The translations under genes were made by a program, and so were the position numbers. Under the pieces are notes generated by a model that saw only the letters and a program-made list of their open reading frames with translations, ran no database searches and was not told where the DNA came from. Positions 62,080 to 64,000 of a DNA stretch of 64,000 nucleotides are shown here, piece by piece. Position 1 is the stretch's first letter. Every line of letters begins with the position of its first letter. Source of the stretch: Patescibacteria group bacterium (GTDB taxonomy: Bacteria; Patescibacteriota; Minisyncoccia; Phycocordibacterales; UBA1006); assembly GCA_028286885.1 (NCBI GenBank), contig JAQBQS010000007.1, positions 17,645 through 81,644 on the forward strand. The letters run 5' to 3'.

Positions 62080-64000
62080 TTAGTTCTTGAGCTCGAGGTA
62101 TTTCTCGAGGCCGACTTCTTCTGCGAGATGGCGGGCGTTGCCCCGTCCGATGCCGGGCTTCATGCTTCCGTCCTTGTCGAAGTAGAAGCAGTTCGCGCCG
62201 AGCTCGTCTTTGGAGAACTGGGCAAGCTGCGTGATCTGCGTGACAAAGAGGATGCTGCATTTCTTGCGGCTGAGCATGCGCAGGTATTGGCGTCCGATCT
62301 CGAGACCGTCAGCCTCTTGCGTTCCGGTGAGGAGTTCGTCGATGACAACGACAATTTTGTTGTCCTTGTTCTTTTCGATCTCCTCGGCGACGATCTTCAG
62401 TTTCTCCATGAGGAGCTGAAGCATCGAGCCTTGGCCCTTCTCGACGAACACCATCGCGATGACGTTCTTCGCATTGAAGCTGAAATGGTCTGCGAACACC
62501 GGAAGTCCCATGTGGGCCTGGATGGTCGCGTTGATCATCTCGACTTCGGTTGCGGTTTTTCCGCCGCCGTTTTGTCCGGTGAGCGAGAGGATCTGTCCGT
62601 TCAGCGCAGGAAGGCCTTTGATGAGGCGGAGGTCTTTCGATGCGAGTTCCTTGGTCCGGTCCTTGTTCAAGCTTCCGATCAGGTGGATCGGCGCGAGGTT
62701 GTCAAACGAGATCACGTTGTGATCGTCGTCGAGAACCGTCGGGAAGCAGAACGGCAGGTGCCCGAACTTTTCCCGCGTCTTCCAGATCGTTCTTGCCTTG
62801 TCGGCGAGAGCGTTGAGATCGGAGAAGAGCGAGGATACGGATTTGCGGAACGTCGATACCGTTTGCCAGTCGTTCTCGAGGCCGAGGCCGTCGATCGCGT
62901 TTCTGAGATTCGAGTACTTCACTTCCGAGAGCATTGCCTCGTAGGACTTCTCGGAGACGACATTGCTTGACCCTCCGGCGAGAAGCTCGCGCGAAGAGGC
63001 GATCGCTCCTTCGAGAGCGTACTGCAGCGGAAGCCTGATCGCCTTGATGGTCGCCTCGTTGGAGAGCTTGATCGCGCGCGACTTGAAAAGCTTCTTCTTG
63101 AGCTTGGAGTAGATCGACGTGCCTTTCGAGAAGATGTTCTCGATCGGATCGAACGCCGCGGCTCCTCCGAGGCTCATGCTGCTGAGGTACGTTTCTTCGA
63201 CCTTGATATTCGAGGTTACGTCGATCAGACGAACTACGAAACCGGCGTCGCCGTTGAGGATGAACTGAAACTCGGTCCCTATGGATATCGAGTTCACGAT
63301 GGCGTCCCAGTCAGATTGCCTGATGCCGTCCTTGGCTATCTTTGCGTAAAGATTGTCCCTGAGGCGGCGGAGGAATGTAGCATGGAGATCCGCGATCTCG
63401 TTTCTGACCGAGTACGGGAGTTCCGTCGTGTAGAGCACGTCGTTCCTGTTCTTCTCGACGAACGACATCACCAGCGTGCAGATGATCCAGAACGGACTGA
63501 GAAGCGCTTGCGCCAGCCTGAGGCCGGCCTTCTCCCAGTTGTCCTTGTGCTTCACGTCATAGAGCTTGAGAAATCCCCTGGCGATCTGAGTGACGAAATT
63601 GCTTTCCTCGCGGAACGCATAGTCGCGGAATCCGTAGACGTCATGAGTGAGCGAGGTGCTGTCCTGGAACTGCACGGTATCGTGACCTTCCTTGTCCTTC
63701 TTGGGAACCGGGGTCGTCGTGATGGATACCACGCCGCTGTAGCTGTACACGTTGTCGAGTTCGACGGCGAGCACTTCGGACATTCTGTCTTCGATGGCGA
63801 CCGTCTTTGCGAACTCTTCCTTGAGCTTAACCAGGATGTCCTGATAGGTCGTCGTGCCGTACGGAAACCGCGTTGCCTTGGTGCCGGACTCGAGAGAGCG
63901 GATCAGATGCGCGACCCTCTTGTTGTAGGGCGAGCGCGATCCGTACTCCTGGAAGAAATCCTTGGAGAAATGGTCCGTCGGATAAAAACTGTAATTAGCC
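62080..64000 (-). CDS. MutS-family ATPase (domain V-type P-loop; MutS2-like paralogue), 5'-partial: the ORF stays open to the window edge
   Basis: C-terminal ABC-like ATPase block (LTGQNGGGKT ... VVVIDELLTGTQEADG ... LFVTQ). The frame upstream of the track's first Met (63783) is open through 64000. Confidence 0.7.
   Translation of the reverse strand, partial: ANYSFYPTDHFSKDFFQEYGSRSPYNKRVAHLIRSLESGTKATRFPYGTTTYQDILVKLKEEFAKTVAIEDRMSEVLAVELDNVYSYSGVVSITTTPVPKKDKEGHDTVQFQDSTSLTHDVYGFRDYAFREESNFVTQIARGFLKLYDVKHKDNWEKAGLRLAQALLSPFWIICTLVMSFVEKNRNDVLYTTELPYSVRNEIADLHATFLRRLRDNLYAKIAKDGIRQSDWDAIVNSISIGTEFQFILNGDAGFVVRLIDVTSNIKVEETYLSSMSLGGAAAFDPIENIFSKGTSIYSKLKKKLFKSRAIKLSNEATIKAIRLPLQYALEGAIASSRELLAGGSSNVVSEKSYEAMLSEVKYSNLRNAIDGLGLENDWQTVSTFRKSVSSLFSDLNALADKARTIWKTREKFGHLPFCFPTVLDDDHNVISFDNLAPIHLIGSLNKDRTKELASKDLRLIKGLPALNGQILSLTGQNGGGKTATEVEMINATIQAHMGLPVFADHFSFNAKNVIAMVFVEKGQGSMLQLLMEKLKIVAEEIEKNKDNKIVVVIDELLTGTQEADGLEIGRQYLRMLSRKKCSILFVTQITQLAQFSKDELGANCFYFDKDGSMKPGIGRGNARHLAEEVGLEKYLELKN

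Noticed and set aside
1-64000. tRNA, rRNA or tmRNA genes
   Set aside because: I scanned both strands for GTTCGAATCC-type T-loops, CCA-terminated cloverleaf candidates and rRNA signature boxes and found none. Formal tRNAscan or Infernal runs would be needed to be certain.

Overview
This is a compact, gene-dense bacterial window: about 60 CDS, mostly on the minus strand, and no rRNA, tRNA or CRISPR array. The core is housekeeping: rpsF-ssb-rpsR; tatD; metG, glyQS, ileS and argS; recO; secE-nusG-rplK; and a partial ribosomal supercluster rpsN-rpsH-rplF-rplR-rpsE-rplO-secY followed by adk and map; plus uppP, rarA, engB and a MutS-like gene that runs off the 3' edge. There is no rpmD (L30) between rpsE and rplO, and no rplA after rplK. 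Together with the high coding density and the many small membrane or secreted ORFs, this suggests a Patescibacteria/CPR-like genome, but that is an inference. Accessory content includes very large surface proteins, one of which ends in a T9SS-type C-terminal sorting domain. There is also an AT-richer island of small lipoprotein and membrane genes around a soluble VirD4/TraG-like ATPase, a disulfide-bond module (an apparently permuted DsbA-like gene, a Trx-like gene and DsbB), a folA-HIT-thyA / dCMP-deaminase deoxypyrimidine cluster, and a two-component system next to a two-domain terpene-cyclase-like protein and a Ddl-like ATP-grasp enzyme. Many minus-strand genes are individually bracketed by rho-independent terminators and a recurring TACTTGACTTAT-N17-TAnnnT sigma70-type promoter. 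The observations most worth follow-up are: (i) an intact histidine-phosphatase (PGAM-like) domain inserted inside IleRS; (ii) a 780-bp structured intergenic region (40662-41440) with three tandem promoter-like repeats, strong hairpins and a roughly C11 homopolymer upstream of a surface-protein gene; (iii) a fused class II / class I terpene-synthase-like protein; and (iv) a circularly permuted DsbA-like protein. My reading of homopolymer and short-repeat stretches may be off by 1 nt, and at two places my transcription disagreed with the ORF track. I followed the track for reading frames.
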